The translations under genes and the position numbers were made by a program. From contig JBOHUD010000064.1 of the NCBI GenBank assembly GCA_050734155.1, forward strand, positions 68,801 through 132,800: DNA of 64,000 nt, in the 5' to 3' direction. The notes beneath the pieces were generated by a model. That model worked only from the letters and a program-made list of their open reading frames with translations. It had not been told where the DNA came from and made no database searches. This DNA comes from Candidatus Dormibacteria bacterium. Its GTDB lineage: Bacteria; Chloroflexota; Dormibacteria; Aeolococcales; Aeolococcaceae. This document shows, piece after piece, positions 1-9,933 of this stretch; position 1 is the stretch's first letter, and the number at the start of each line of letters is the position of its first letter.

Positions 1-20
1 GTGATGTCGAACATCGGGGT

Positions 21-1412
21 GTGAGCGCCGCCGGCTCACCGCGGTATCGCGGGCTCAGCCTGTGGCTCGACACCGTCGACGACGACCTCACGCCGCGGGC
101 GGCGCTGGACTCCGGCTGCACCGTGGACGTGGCCATCGTCGGGGCGGGCTACACCGGCCTCTGGACGGCATATGCGCTGGCCCAGCGGGACCCCAGCCTG
201 CGCATCCTGGTGCTGGAACGCGAGATCGCCGGCTTCGGGGCGAGCGGACGCAATGGTGGCTGGTGCAGCGACCTCTTTCCGGTGTCGTGGGAGCGGGTGG
301 TTCGACAGGTGGGGCTGGAGGCGGCGCAGGCCATGCATGGCGCGCTCGCCCAGGGGATCGACGACATCGCCGCCACCCTGCAGAGAGAGCGCATCGACGC
401 CGACCTGGCCCGGGGCGGGTGCCTCACCGTGGCCATGACCGCAGTGCAGGAAGCCAAGCTGCGCAGCCCGGCGGCAACTTCCCCGGTGCGCCAGGGCGTG
501 CCCCTGGGGCTGGGCTGGCTCGACGCAGCCCACGCAGCCGAGCTCGTGCGCGTGCCCGGCTGCCGCGGGGCCCTCTACACGCCCCACTGTGCGCGCCTCC
601 ATCCGGGAAAGCTGGTTCGGGGACTGGCCCGGGCGGTGGAGCGCGCCGGGGTCCGCATCGCCGAGCGCACCGCCGTGCTCGAGGTGCGGCCCCACGCCGC
701 GATCACCGCCCGCGGCACGGTGCGCGCTCAGACCGTGGTGCGTGCCACCGAGGCGTACACCGCCGGCCTGCCCGGCGAGCATCGCGCGCTGCTGCCCCTC
801 TACTCGTTGATGATCGCCACGGCGCCGCTGCCCGACCGGGCCTGGGCGGAGATCGGCTGGTCGCGCGGAGAGACGCTCAACGACGGTCGCCACCTGATCA
901 TCTACGCGCAGCGCACCGCCGACGGGCGGATCGCCTTCGGCGGCCGCGGAGCGCCGTACCACTTCGGCTCGCGGGTGGCCGACGACTTCGACCGCGACCC
1001 CGCCGTGTTCGCTGCCCTGGAGGACTCTCTGCACGAGCTGGTGCCGCAGACGCGAGGGGTGGCCGTGACCCATCGCTGGGGAGGCCCGATCGGCGTGGCC
1101 AGGGACTGGTGGCCGTCGGTGACCCTCGACACAGGCTCCGGCATCGCCTCGGCGGGTGGCTACGCCGGCGACGGGGTCACCGCCAGCAACGTGGCCGGAC
1201 GCACGCTGGCCGATCTCATCCTGTCGCGAGACACCGCGCTGACGCGCCTGGCCTGGGTGCAGCATCACGCGCGACGCTGGGAGCCGGAACCGCTGCGCTG
1301 GCTCGCCGTCAACCTCAGCGTGCACGCGATGCGTGGGGCGGACGCGGTGGAACGTCGCACCGGCAAGCCGTCCCGGCGCGCCCGCCTGGTCACTCGCGTG
1401 CAGGGCCGCTGA
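21..1412 (+). CDS. FAD-dependent oxidoreductase (DAO/DadA/glycine-oxidase family)
   Basis: N-terminal Rossmann motif VAIVGAGYTGLWTA followed by LVLERE, typical of the DAO family; GTG start; 463 aa. Confidence 0.75.
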   Translation: MSAAGSPRYRGLSLWLDTVDDDLTPRAALDSGCTVDVAIVGAGYTGLWTAYALAQRDPSLRILVLEREIAGFGASGRNGGWCSDLFPVSWERVVRQVGLEAAQAMHGALAQGIDDIAATLQRERIDADLARGGCLTVAMTAVQEAKLRSPAATSPVRQGVPLGLGWLDAAHAAELVRVPGCRGALYTPHCARLHPGKLVRGLARAVERAGVRIAERTAVLEVRPHAAITARGTVRAQTVVRATEAYTAGLPGEHRALLPLYSLMIATAPLPDRAWAEIGWSRGETLNDGRHLIIYAQRTADGRIAFGGRGAPYHFGSRVADDFDRDPAVFAALEDSLHELVPQTRGVAVTHRWGGPIGVARDWWPSVTLDTGSGIASAGGYAGDGVTASNVAGRTLADLILSRDTALTRLAWVQHHARRWEPEPLRWLAVNLSVHAMRGADAVERRTGKPSRRARLVTRVQGR

Positions 1413-1449
1413 CCTGCCGCCGGCGGTCCGTCCCGGGTAGCGTGGCGCG

Positions 1450-3339
1450 GTGCGCGTGAGAGCTCTGCGCGCCGCCCGGGGGCGCTCGCCCGGCGCGGCC
1501 AGGTCGCGGCCCGGCATCGGCCCGCTCCTCTGCTGGGCGGTCGTCTTCGCGGACATCGGCACCTCCGTGTACTACACCCCCGGGATTCTCTTCGGCCAGT
1601 TCGGCAAGCACGCAGCGCTCTTCGTGGGGATGACCCTGGTCGTGTTCGTGCTGCTCACCGTGAAGTACGCCGAGGTGGCCACCCGCTACCCCGAGGGCGG
1701 GGGCGTGGTCACGGTGGGAGCGCACGCCGTCAATTCCTTCGTGGGCCTCCTCGGCGGCCTGCTCATCCTGGTCGACTACTTCCTCACCTCGGCCCTGAGC
1801 GCACTTTCCGGGTTCATCTACCTGAGCGTGGTGTTTCCCCAGCTGGGAGGGGGCGCCGTGCCTCTCACCGTGGTGGCGCTCATTCTCCTGGGCGGTCTCA
1901 ACCTGCTCGGAGCGCGGGCCGATGCCAGGGTCACCGCCATGATCGCCGGCGTCGCGCTGGTCAGCCAGGTCGCAGTGGTCATCGCGGTGCTCACCCACTT
2001 CGGCATCGGAGAGGCAGCCGGAGCCATCAGGCAGGTGGGCCAGGGACCGCCGCTCGGCGCCGTCGCCCTGGTCACCGGCTTTGCCGGCGCCTTCCTCGCC
2101 TTCAGCGGACTGGAGAGCATCTCCCAGCTGGCCCCGGCGATGCGCACGCCGCAGCGCAGCACCGCCCCGCGGACCATGGTGATCGTGGTCATCACGGTGG
2201 TGGCCACCAGCCCTCTGCTGACGCTGTGGGCCACGACGCTTCTCGATGTCAAGAACAGGAACCCCAACCAGTTCATCTCACTGCTGGGCGGGGCGAGCGC
2301 CGGCCCCTGGCTGCAGACCGAGGTGGCGGCGACGGCGGCGCTGCTGCTGGTCTTCGCCAGCAACACCGCGATCATCGGCTGCTATCACGTCTTCCTCGCC
2401 CTGTCGCGGATGCGATTCCTACCCCAGCTCATCCAGCGGCGCAACCGCTGGCGGGAGACCCCGCACATCGCCATCCTCATCGCCACCGCCGTGCCGGCGA
2501 TGGTGGTGATCCTGGCCAACGGCAACGTCTCTCTGCTCGGCGACATGTACGCCTTTGGACTGCTGGGGGCGTTCAGCGTCACCAGCGTCTGCCTCGACGT
2601 GGTGCGCTGGCGCGAGCGTTCTCACCGCGACGTGGGCAAGCGTCGTGCGCACGGTCCGTCGGCGGTGCACACCTCGGCTGTGATGTTCGCGACCGGGGTG
2701 GTGACCTCCTTCCTGGTGGTGGTGGCCTGGCTCACCAACCTCTTCGCCAAGCCCCTGGCCACGCTCTTCGGCGGCTCGGTGACGCTCGCCGGGCTCGGGG
2801 TGGTCGGACTGACCTATTCGATCCGGCGGCGACGGGGGGTCCCCGCCCTCGTGCCCGTGGTGCATCGACTGGCGCACCTCCCCCACCTCCGCCATGGCCA
2901 TCCGGCCGTGCTGGTCCTGCTCGACCGGTGCTCGCCGGCGGAGGCGGAAGCGATCGCGGGGCTGGCGATCGCCGACGTCGCGCACCGCGACCTGGTCCTG
3001 GCCTATGTCGGTGACCCCCAGGTCCATGGAGCGCGCGGCCACGTGCTCGAGATCGTCGATCCCTACCTCGCCGACCAGCCCGCGCACGACGTCTTCCGCG
3101 CGGTGCAGCGGCTCACCGGTCCAACCGCACGCCAGCGCCACCGCCACTGCATCTACCTGTCTGGTGACGACCGCACCGCCGCGGTGCGCGAGCTCATCGA
3201 GGGATTGAGACCAGCCAGCATCCTGGCGCTGCGCAGCCACGGCCATCTGCTCGACGGTGTGCCGCCGGGCAGGCGCCGGCGGCGCACTCGCAACGGTGTC
3301 CACATCACCGAGTGGACCGGGACGGTGACGGCCGCGTGA
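1450..3339 (+). CDS. APC-family amino-acid permease with a roughly 190-aa C-terminal cytoplasmic extension
   Basis: About 12 predicted TM helices, with FADIGTSVYYTPG and GGVVTVGAH motifs typical of APC transporters; GTG start; co-directional with the upstream oxidase. Confidence 0.75.
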   Translation: MRVRALRAARGRSPGAARSRPGIGPLLCWAVVFADIGTSVYYTPGILFGQFGKHAALFVGMTLVVFVLLTVKYAEVATRYPEGGGVVTVGAHAVNSFVGLLGGLLILVDYFLTSALSALSGFIYLSVVFPQLGGGAVPLTVVALILLGGLNLLGARADARVTAMIAGVALVSQVAVVIAVLTHFGIGEAAGAIRQVGQGPPLGAVALVTGFAGAFLAFSGLESISQLAPAMRTPQRSTAPRTMVIVVITVVATSPLLTLWATTLLDVKNRNPNQFISLLGGASAGPWLQTEVAATAALLLVFASNTAIIGCYHVFLALSRMRFLPQLIQRRNRWRETPHIAILIATAVPAMVVILANGNVSLLGDMYAFGLLGAFSVTSVCLDVVRWRERSHRDVGKRRAHGPSAVHTSAVMFATGVVTSFLVVVAWLTNLFAKPLATLFGGSVTLAGLGVVGLTYSIRRRRGVPALVPVVHRLAHLPHLRHGHPAVLVLLDRCSPAEAEAIAGLAIADVAHRDLVLAYVGDPQVHGARGHVLEIVDPYLADQPAHDVFRAVQRLTGPTARQRHRHCIYLSGDDRTAAVRELIEGLRPASILALRSHGHLLDGVPPGRRRRRTRNGVHITEWTGTVTAA

Positions 3340-5133
3340 TCAGCCGGTGCGGCGCCGCCGCCGCCAGGGAACTGTGAGCGCCCCGGCGCCGATGATGGCG
3401 GCGGCGCCCAGCGCCGGCAGCGCCGCCAATCGCGGCCCCGCCGTCGCGCCGGCAGGGGCCGGGCAGAAGGCATTGGCAGGCACCCCCGAGCAGGGATTGG
3501 GCATGGTCGCCTGGGCGGGCGGCATCGTCAGGGTGAACGGAGTGGGGCGCGGATAGCAGTTGACGGCACAGGGTGCCTGGGAGATGCAGGGCAGGCTGGC
3601 GTTGACGTCGCAGAGGGTGTTGAGGGTGGGACATGGAGCCAGCAGCTGCGATGCGCAGAGCACCTCGGCAGCGAGCGGGCCCATGTCGCCGGCGTTGGCG
3701 GTGGTGCACATCCTCCTGACGGGGCGGTACGGGTTGTGGGGCAGGCCGTTCTCCATGCCGGCCGGGTCGCTGGTCAGGCCGCGCGGGTCGGTGTCGGCGG
3801 AGAAGCAGTTGCCGGGATCGTGCGCGATGGTGGCCAGACCGATGTCACCGTTGCTGGGATTGCCGTAGGAGCCGTTGTTCTTGAAGGTGTTGCCGATGCT
3901 GACGTTGCCGAAGGCCTGGAAGTAGCAGACGCCGACCGGTGGAGGGACGAAGGTGCCGCCCTGGCAGTTGGACGGCCCCGCCTCCTGGTCGGGCAGGTCG
4001 GCGATGAGCTCGCCCCAGGAGTCGTTGTTGACGATGGTGTTGTGGTACAGGGTGATGTACCTGGTCCCGGCCAGGATCAGGCCGGCTCCGACCGGTCCGC
4101 CCCCGGCCAGCCCCGAGGTGCCGTTGCCGGGCACGTTGGGATTGTTGTTGTCGTGGAGGTAGTTGTTCATCCACACCGTGCACGACCTCGTCCCCAGCGC
4201 GCCTCTCTGTGGCTCGCTCCGATCCGCCAGGTCGCACAGCCCGATCTGCGGTGAGGGGGCGTCGTCGTTGTTCTGTGAGTTGGAGACCGGGCCAGTCTTG
4301 TTCCTGTCGCACTCGGTGTTCTCGATGAGCAGGTAGCCACCGGCATTGGTCGTGGAGATGCACAGGGAGCTGTACTGTCCGTGGTCGTGGTTCATGACCG
4401 CATCGCACCTCTGCTGGCAGGCGCCGATGTAGAAGGAGGAGTCGGCCATGTTGCTGGCGTACGAGTTCGTCCAACTGCCGTGGGTGGCATTGCTGGAGAA
4501 GATGCCGTAGCTGCCGGCGGGATAGTTGACCCCGTTCGAGTACGTGGACGTCGCGGTCAGGTAGCTGCCCCGGTAGCCGGACATGCCGATCTGACCTGAG
4601 CCATCACCGCCGTTCCACCAGATCTGGTTGCCCCTGGCGCCCGACGGGTCGGTGAGAAAGTTGCAGACGGTGAGGTTGTCGATGGAGACCTGGTTGGCCC
4701 CGAAGCCCTTGCCGTACACCTCGATGCCGTTGCGTCCCTGGCCGCCCGGGCCGAGGTCCTGGTCCGCGAGCCTCGACGAGCAGGGTACGGCTCCAGGGTT
4801 GGTGCCGTCGACGATGACCGAGTTGCGGTTCATGCCGCGCAGGTGGATGCCCGGCTTGTCGATCCACACACCGGCCGGCCAGGTGCTGGTGGCGTGGTCG
4901 GCTCGCTCGTGGTAGTCGCCGGGGCCGACCAGGATCCAGTCGCCGGGCGAGGCCGCATCCACCGCGGCCTGGATGGTGCCGTAGGGGCCGGTGGCGCCGT
5001 TGTAGCTGCCCACCAGGAGGACGTGGGGAGCGGCCGCCCCGGCCGTCACCGGCGGCGCCGTGGCCACACCCAGCGCACAGATCGATGCCGCGAGAGCAGC
5101 CGGGGCCATGGATCTCATGGAGGTACCTCTCAT
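3340..5133 (-). CDS. Secreted right-handed parallel beta-helix (pectate-lyase-fold) protein with a C-terminal hydrophobic anchor
   Basis: N-terminal signal peptide (MRSMAPAALAASICALGVATA); Asn/Gly-rich repetitive beta-helix-like core; C-terminus LPALGAAAIIGAGALTVPWRRRRRTG is a sorting-signal-like TM plus basic tail. Confidence 0.55.
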   Translation of the reverse strand: MRGTSMRSMAPAALAASICALGVATAPPVTAGAAAPHVLLVGSYNGATGPYGTIQAAVDAASPGDWILVGPGDYHERADHATSTWPAGVWIDKPGIHLRGMNRNSVIVDGTNPGAVPCSSRLADQDLGPGGQGRNGIEVYGKGFGANQVSIDNLTVCNFLTDPSGARGNQIWWNGGDGSGQIGMSGYRGSYLTATSTYSNGVNYPAGSYGIFSSNATHGSWTNSYASNMADSSFYIGACQQRCDAVMNHDHGQYSSLCISTTNAGGYLLIENTECDRNKTGPVSNSQNNDDAPSPQIGLCDLADRSEPQRGALGTRSCTVWMNNYLHDNNNPNVPGNGTSGLAGGGPVGAGLILAGTRYITLYHNTIVNNDSWGELIADLPDQEAGPSNCQGGTFVPPPVGVCYFQAFGNVSIGNTFKNNGSYGNPSNGDIGLATIAHDPGNCFSADTDPRGLTSDPAGMENGLPHNPYRPVRRMCTTANAGDMGPLAAEVLCASQLLAPCPTLNTLCDVNASLPCISQAPCAVNCYPRPTPFTLTMPPAQATMPNPCSGVPANAFCPAPAGATAGPRLAALPALGAAAIIGAGALTVPWRRRRRTG

Positions 5134-5224
5134 CCGCGATACGGCGCCGGGACGAGTCTAGGCAATGTGTACCGACGACTTCGCGAACAGTGCTTTCCAC
5201 GTGCACGCGCGAATCAGCCCCGGC

Positions 5225-7288
5225 TCAGAGGAGCACCACAACTGAGGCCTGGGCGCGCGCTGCGGTCCCGTCATCGTCTGTGATCGTCACCGTCACAGTG
5301 AAGGTTCCCAACAGACCGCCGTAGCTGTGGTTCAGCGTGAAGTTGGTTCCGTTGAGCGCCAGAGGTCCGCGAGACCCATCGCCGTAGTCGACTGTGGCCG
5401 AGAAGCTGTCCGCACCGGGGTCGCTGTCGGTGAAGCTGCCGGTCCCGTGGAAGGGAGCTCCCAGGAGGAGGAGCGCCCCGGCCGGTGGGGTGATCACCGC
5501 CGCAGCGCTTTTCACGGTCACTGTCGAGCTGGCGTACCCGTAGCCGCCGCGGGCGTTGGTCACCCGGACAGTCACCGTGCACGTGCAGACCTCCGCGTAA
5601 GCGTGCTGCAGGCTGAAGCTGGTGCCGTTGAGCGCGAGCGGATGCACGCCCGATCCATCCCCGTAGTTGACGGTGGCGGTCCAGCCGCTGCCCCCCGAAT
5701 CGGCGAATGTGCCGCCGCTCCTGTACATCCCCTCAGAGATCTTGATCGGCGCCGGCATCGAAACCGCCGGCGGGGTCATCGGGCCGGGGGTGGGGGTTGG
5801 CGTGGGACCCGGCGTTGGCGTGGGCCCCGGCGCCGGTGTGGAGGATGGCGATGGGGTCGGCGCCGGGGTCGGGCCCAGGCCGCCCCCCGACGGCGGGGTC
5901 GATGAGCCGGTCGGCGACCCCGGCGGAGGAGTCGTCGTGGTGCCGGCGAGCACCGGCTGTGGGCCCGTCGAGGCGGGCGGATGCTGCACGTCCGGGTGCG
6001 CCTGGCCGCCCGACGCGGAACCCTGGCCGGGGCCGGTCGGTGACGACCCCCCTCCGCCCCCGCCGGCGGCCGGGCCGGAGCGCGTCCCATCCATCACGGA
6101 CACGGCGGGCGGCCCCGGCTGGGGGCGAGGAATGTTGGTGCCCGGCAGCAGCCCCGGCGCAGCCAGTCCCAGCGCCGTCCCACCTGACACGATGGCGGTG
6201 CCCCACTGCAGACCCAGGTCGTTGACCCAGGGGATGAGGGGAAGCTGGGCGATCCAGGACCCCAGGCCGACAACTCGCCACAGCCGTCCCACCGAGATGT
6301 TCAGGAAGGCTCGGACCACCACGGGATCGAACTGCTTGCCGGAGCAGCGCACCAGCTCCTCGCGCGCTGCCACCACTCCGAGCGGCCGCCGGTATGGTCG
6401 CACCGCCGTCATGACCTCGTAGGCGTCGGCCACGCCGACGATGCGCCCGGCGAGCGAGATCTTCTCCCCGGCCAGTCCCGCGGGGTAGCCCTTGCCGTCC
6501 CAGCGCTCGTGGTGGTGCTCCACCGCCGCCGCCCAGCCACCGAGCCAGGCGCGCAGGGGTCCGATCAAGCGCGCGCCCTCCTCGGGATGGCGGCGGACCG
6601 CGTTCCATTCCCTGTCGTTCAGCGCCGCCGGCTTGGTGAGGACCTCGCTGGGCACCAGGAGCTTGCCGATGTCGTGGAGCAGAGAGGCCCAGCGAAGCCG
6701 CGCTCGGTCGGGCGCAGACAGCTTCATCTCATCGGCGATGAGGTCGGAGAAGACGCGCACTCGCTCGGAGTGACCGCGCGTCTGGCGGTCGTGAACGCTG
6801 AGCGCCGCCACCAGCTCGAGCACCCTCTGCATGTACGCCACCTCTCCGCCCTCGATGCCCTTGTCTCGCGCCTCCTGGAGCTGGCGCTGGAGGTCGCGGG
6901 GGCGGCCCACCCGACGCGCCACCGCGAATCGCTGGGGTGCCCGGTCAGGAAAGAGCAGTGAGAGGTTGAGGAGCGCCGCCAGGGGAAGAAGACGGCGGGC
7001 CCCCCGCTCGACCACCAGGATCACCAGCAGCATCGCCACGCTGATGGCGACGAACCAGAGCAGCGTCTGAGGCACACCGGCGGGGCGCGGCAGGAGACGG
7101 CTGACCGCCGTCGCCGCTCCGATGCCGGCGGCCGACGGGCCAGCCACGACCGCGAAGCGGACGAGCTTGCTCAGCACCGGCCGCCGTTGCCACTGATGGC
7201 TCGGCGGGGTGGGGTCAGGAGCAGACGGGGTGCCGGACTCCGAGATGATCCCAATCCTCTGCGGTGCCTGACGGTGCCGATCGTGCAT
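5225..7288 (-). CDS. Membrane HD-GYP c-di-GMP phosphodiesterase fused to a Pro/Thr/Gly-rich linker and two extracytoplasmic PKD domains
   Basis: N-terminal TM helices; HD motifs LLHDIGK and HHERWDGKGYP; further TM segment; PTPTPGP low-complexity linker; two repeats with (V/D)YGDGS...H(A/S)Y...T(V)TVTD PKD signatures. Confidence 0.7.
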   Translation of the reverse strand: MHDRHRQAPQRIGIISESGTPSAPDPTPPSHQWQRRPVLSKLVRFAVVAGPSAAGIGAATAVSRLLPRPAGVPQTLLWFVAISVAMLLVILVVERGARRLLPLAALLNLSLLFPDRAPQRFAVARRVGRPRDLQRQLQEARDKGIEGGEVAYMQRVLELVAALSVHDRQTRGHSERVRVFSDLIADEMKLSAPDRARLRWASLLHDIGKLLVPSEVLTKPAALNDREWNAVRRHPEEGARLIGPLRAWLGGWAAAVEHHHERWDGKGYPAGLAGEKISLAGRIVGVADAYEVMTAVRPYRRPLGVVAAREELVRCSGKQFDPVVVRAFLNISVGRLWRVVGLGSWIAQLPLIPWVNDLGLQWGTAIVSGGTALGLAAPGLLPGTNIPRPQPGPPAVSVMDGTRSGPAAGGGGGGSSPTGPGQGSASGGQAHPDVQHPPASTGPQPVLAGTTTTPPPGSPTGSSTPPSGGGLGPTPAPTPSPSSTPAPGPTPTPGPTPTPTPGPMTPPAVSMPAPIKISEGMYRSGGTFADSGGSGWTATVNYGDGSGVHPLALNGTSFSLQHAYAEVCTCTVTVRVTNARGGYGYASSTVTVKSAAAVITPPAGALLLLGAPFHGTGSFTDSDPGADSFSATVDYGDGSRGPLALNGTNFTLNHSYGGLLGTFTVTVTITDDDGTAARAQASVVVLL

Positions 7289-7660
7289 CGGTCTGCACGA
7301 CAGCCAACGCCATGATCAGATGGCTCTGAGGACCGGGATCTGAGGGTCGGGCGTCTGTTGCGCCCGAGTTACCGCGTCGTCGCTGATCGCCACATTGGGC
7401 CAGCGCGGTCGCACCCTGCCCAGGCCGCGCTCGCGTGGCTCCGGCATCCCGGGAGTCGTCAGGCCTCCTGAGACACCTCGCGTCCAAAACTGGCTAAAAA
7501 GAGTAGAGCACGACGAGGATCTCTCACGCAAATTGTGATGGCGCGTTCGGGCCGAGGAGTTGAACGTCATCGAAGAGGACGGGGAACCTGCGACCGTCGC
7601 GTGATCCGCTGTCACTCCGGACTCCGCGCGCTGCCTCCAATCCAACGATCCCCGGGTGGC

Positions 7661-8149
7661 TCATCGGCTGCTCTTGGGCAGTGGCAGAGCGTCGGCTTGG
7701 CTATTCGATGCCCGAACCTGGTAGACGGATATCGCGCCGCTCTGGGCATCCACTAGGACGAGAGCCGTGACGTACTGGAACCCCTTCTGCGCAGGCGCTG
7801 TAAAGACGAGCATCCAAACCGTCTCAGGCGGCTGAGTCTTGAACCACACTCGACCGGCCGGGTCACTGACTCGTGAAACCTGAGACATGAGAGACTCGCC
7901 GCGCAGACGATAGTTTGTCATCCGACTAGCGCTGCTATTCAGCGCCCGAAACGCAGTCGTGTTCGCTTGCGCGCTCGACACCGTCGGCGTACTCGCCTGA
8001 TCAGCCTGTGCGATGACTGTGAAGGAAAGGAAGCTGAACGGCCTGGGCTCTGAGGCTTGATGCGGACCCGACAGACCAAGGCGAATGGCAAGGAAAGTTG
8101 CAAGGAGCGCAACGGCTAAGGCGCCCGCGACGGTCTTCCAGCGAGGCAT
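7661..8149 (-). CDS. Signal-anchored hypothetical protein (no Cys), second gene of the low-GC islet operon
   Basis: ATG at 8147-8149, preceded by AGGAGA with 6-nt spacing; this SD overlaps the stop of the upstream gene; N-terminal TM KTVAGALAVALLATFLAI; low-GC region. Confidence 0.45.
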   Translation of the reverse strand: MPRWKTVAGALAVALLATFLAIRLGLSGPHQASEPRPFSFLSFTVIAQADQASTPTVSSAQANTTAFRALNSSASRMTNYRLRGESLMSQVSRVSDPAGRVWFKTQPPETVWMLVFTAPAQKGFQYVTALVLVDAQSGAISVYQVRASNSQADALPLPKSSR

Positions 8150-8159
8150 CCGACTTCTC

Positions 8160-8594
8160 CTAATAGTTAAGGTAGGTCCACCAGGACCAACTCCCGTTGA
8201 CTCCCTGCCCGCTCTCAAGATCCGCTTGAGGACCGCAGCTTCCGTAGTAGTAGTTCGGTGAATTAAGAGAGATGAAATTCGTGTTGTACGCGGTGTACGT
8301 CTGATCGAACTGCCGAATTTGGCATACCCAAGCACGACCCCGCTCAGACATCCATGAAACGACCGAGCTGTTGCCGGTTACGTAGGCCCAACTCACGTAC
8401 CCACAGGCCGGCGTGTTGCCCTGCAAGACGGCATCGGCGCTATGCAGTCCATAACTCACCTTGTAGTAACCGTTACAGCCAGTTGCGGAGACCATGGCTG
8501 TGGGCGGCCCGAAGGCAAGAGCCAAGAAGCTCGCGAGCAGTAAGGCAGCGGCTGACCGAAAGAGGACCTTCGGAGTGGAGGCGCGCCTCAACAT
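8160..8594 (-). CDS. Small secreted 4-Cys, Tyr/Trp-rich protein (signal peptide plus about 115-aa mature domain)
   Basis: ATG at 8592-8594; signal LFRSAAALLLASFLALAFG; mature part has 4 Cys and ends ...GVNGSWSWWTYLNY; about 55% GC against about 70% background. Confidence 0.5.
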   Translation of the reverse strand: MLRRASTPKVLFRSAAALLLASFLALAFGPPTAMVSATGCNGYYKVSYGLHSADAVLQGNTPACGYVSWAYVTGNSSVVSWMSERGRAWVCQIRQFDQTYTAYNTNFISLNSPNYYYGSCGPQADLESGQGVNGSWSWWTYLNY

Positions 8595-8659
8595 CCCGCG
8601 GCGCCCGGCGACCGATCCGTCGCGCTCAGCAGCGTTTTCGACGCGCACCTCAACGGGTC

Positions 8660-8818
8660 TCAGAAATTCAGATACGTCCACCATGACCACTGGCCGTTGA
8701 CTCCCTGACCACTCTCCAGGTCCGCTTGGAGGCGTCGCCAAGTGAGTTCCACCACCTCCGGGTCAGGCGGCGTCGTGTCTGTCCAAGCCGACCGCGTCGG
8801 CTCGATCTCCATGGTCAT
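8660..8818 (-). pseudogene. Remnant duplicate of the 3' end of the 8160..8594 gene
   Basis: 52-codon ORF ending ...LQADLESGQGVNGQWSWWTYLNF*, compared with ...PQADLESGQGVNGSWSWWTYLNY* in the full gene; about 75% nt identity over about 75 nt; upstream stops remove the rest. Confidence 0.4.
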
Positions 8819-8884
8819 CCTGTGCTCCCTGGTCCGCCCTCATGCTCAGCAAATAAAGGTGAGGCGAGGCGGAGGTGAGGTGTC

Positions 8885-9154
8885 TCAGGGACTGTTGGCA
8901 GAGAGGGCCCAGGCCTTTTGCAGCGCACTGCTGATGGCTGCGACCAGGGCCTGTGCGGACTCCACCGAGAGCTCCAGCGCGATCGGCCGTGACCGGCCAT
9001 CCGAGTCTGAGAAGAGGTCGATGTTGAGGGTGTGCTCGAGCGGCGTGGTGTAGGGGTGGTCGACGTACACGCTGGCGCCGATCACCGGCGCCCACGTGCC
9101 CGCGGCCTTGCCACTGCCGCGCACCTCGAGCCGCTCAGTGGCGTGGCTGCACAT
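8885..9154 (-). CDS. Small hypothetical protein (89 aa)
   Basis: ORF immediately downstream of the dienelactone hydrolase gene on the same strand; no recognisable motifs. Confidence 0.2.
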   Translation of the reverse strand: MCSHATERLEVRGSGKAAGTWAPVIGASVYVDHPYTTPLEHTLNIDLFSDSDGRSRPIALELSVESAQALVAAISSALQKAWALSANSP

Positions 9155-9156
9155 CC

Positions 9157-9933
9157 TCAATCCACCGTGGGCCGGCTGCTCTCCGCCGGGTGCAGGGTTC
9201 GCTGCAGGAAGCCCCAGATGCGCCGCCAGCCCTCGCCGGCCGCCTCCACCCGGTAGGAGGGACGGTCGCTGTCGAAGAAGCCGTGTCCGGCGCCCTCGTA
9301 CATGTGGAACTCGTGCTCCTTGCCGGCGCGGGTCAGCGCGGCGTCGATCTCGGCCACATGGTCCGGCGATGGGCGCGTGTCATCCATCCCGAAGAGTCCC
9401 AGGAGGGGACAGGAGATTCCGCCGGCCCTGTCGATGATCGGGGTGATTTTCATGGTCGTGCCGGGTGGCGGGTCGCCGACGATCAGCCCGGGGTAGCAAA
9501 CGACCGCCGCGTCGGGGTCGAGATCGCAGGCGGCGAGGAAGCTCTGGCGTCCGCCGGAGCAGTAGCCGATCGTGGCCACGCGACCGGAGCAGCTGGGCAT
9601 GGCGCGAAGGTGACGCAGGGCTCCCGCACAATCGCCGAGGAAGCGGTGGTCGGGGACGCCTCCGTTGGCGCGCGCGGCGGCGGCGGCGTCGTCGGGGTCG
9701 GCGCCCGGTGCATCGCGATGGTGCAGGTTGGGGCAGAGGGCGATGTATCCATTGGTGGCGAAGCGGCGAGCGCTCTCCCAGGTGCTCTCGTCCCACCCGG
9801 GCATGTGGTGGATGACCACAATCCCCGGGTACGGTCCGGCGCCGAGTGGACGCGCGAGGTAGGCGGGGATGGGGTCGTTCTGATCACCCGCGATCGTCAC
9901 CAGCTCGGCCAGCAAGGGCTCGACCATTCTCAT
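9157..9933 (-). CDS. Dienelactone hydrolase family alpha/beta hydrolase
   Basis: MRMVEPLLAELVTIAGDQNDP... DLH-like sequence, GYCSGG nucleophile region and C-terminal HGF; the ORF-track N-terminal extension was rejected and the start set at MRM (9933). Confidence 0.7.
   Translation of the reverse strand: MRMVEPLLAELVTIAGDQNDPIPAYLARPLGAGPYPGIVVIHHMPGWDESTWESARRFATNGYIALCPNLHHRDAPGADPDDAAAAARANGGVPDHRFLGDCAGALRHLRAMPSCSGRVATIGYCSGGRQSFLAACDLDPDAAVVCYPGLIVGDPPPGTTMKITPIIDRAGGISCPLLGLFGMDDTRPSPDHVAEIDAALTRAGKEHEFHMYEGAGHGFFDSDRPSYRVEAAGEGWRRIWGFLQRTLHPAESSRPTVD

Noticed and set aside
36-1562. Long antisense and alternative-frame ORFs (36..1562 -, 62..1459 +, and many similar throughout)
   Set aside because: Typical high-GC frame artefacts with Arg/Pro/Gly-rich translations. 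They overlap well-supported genes.
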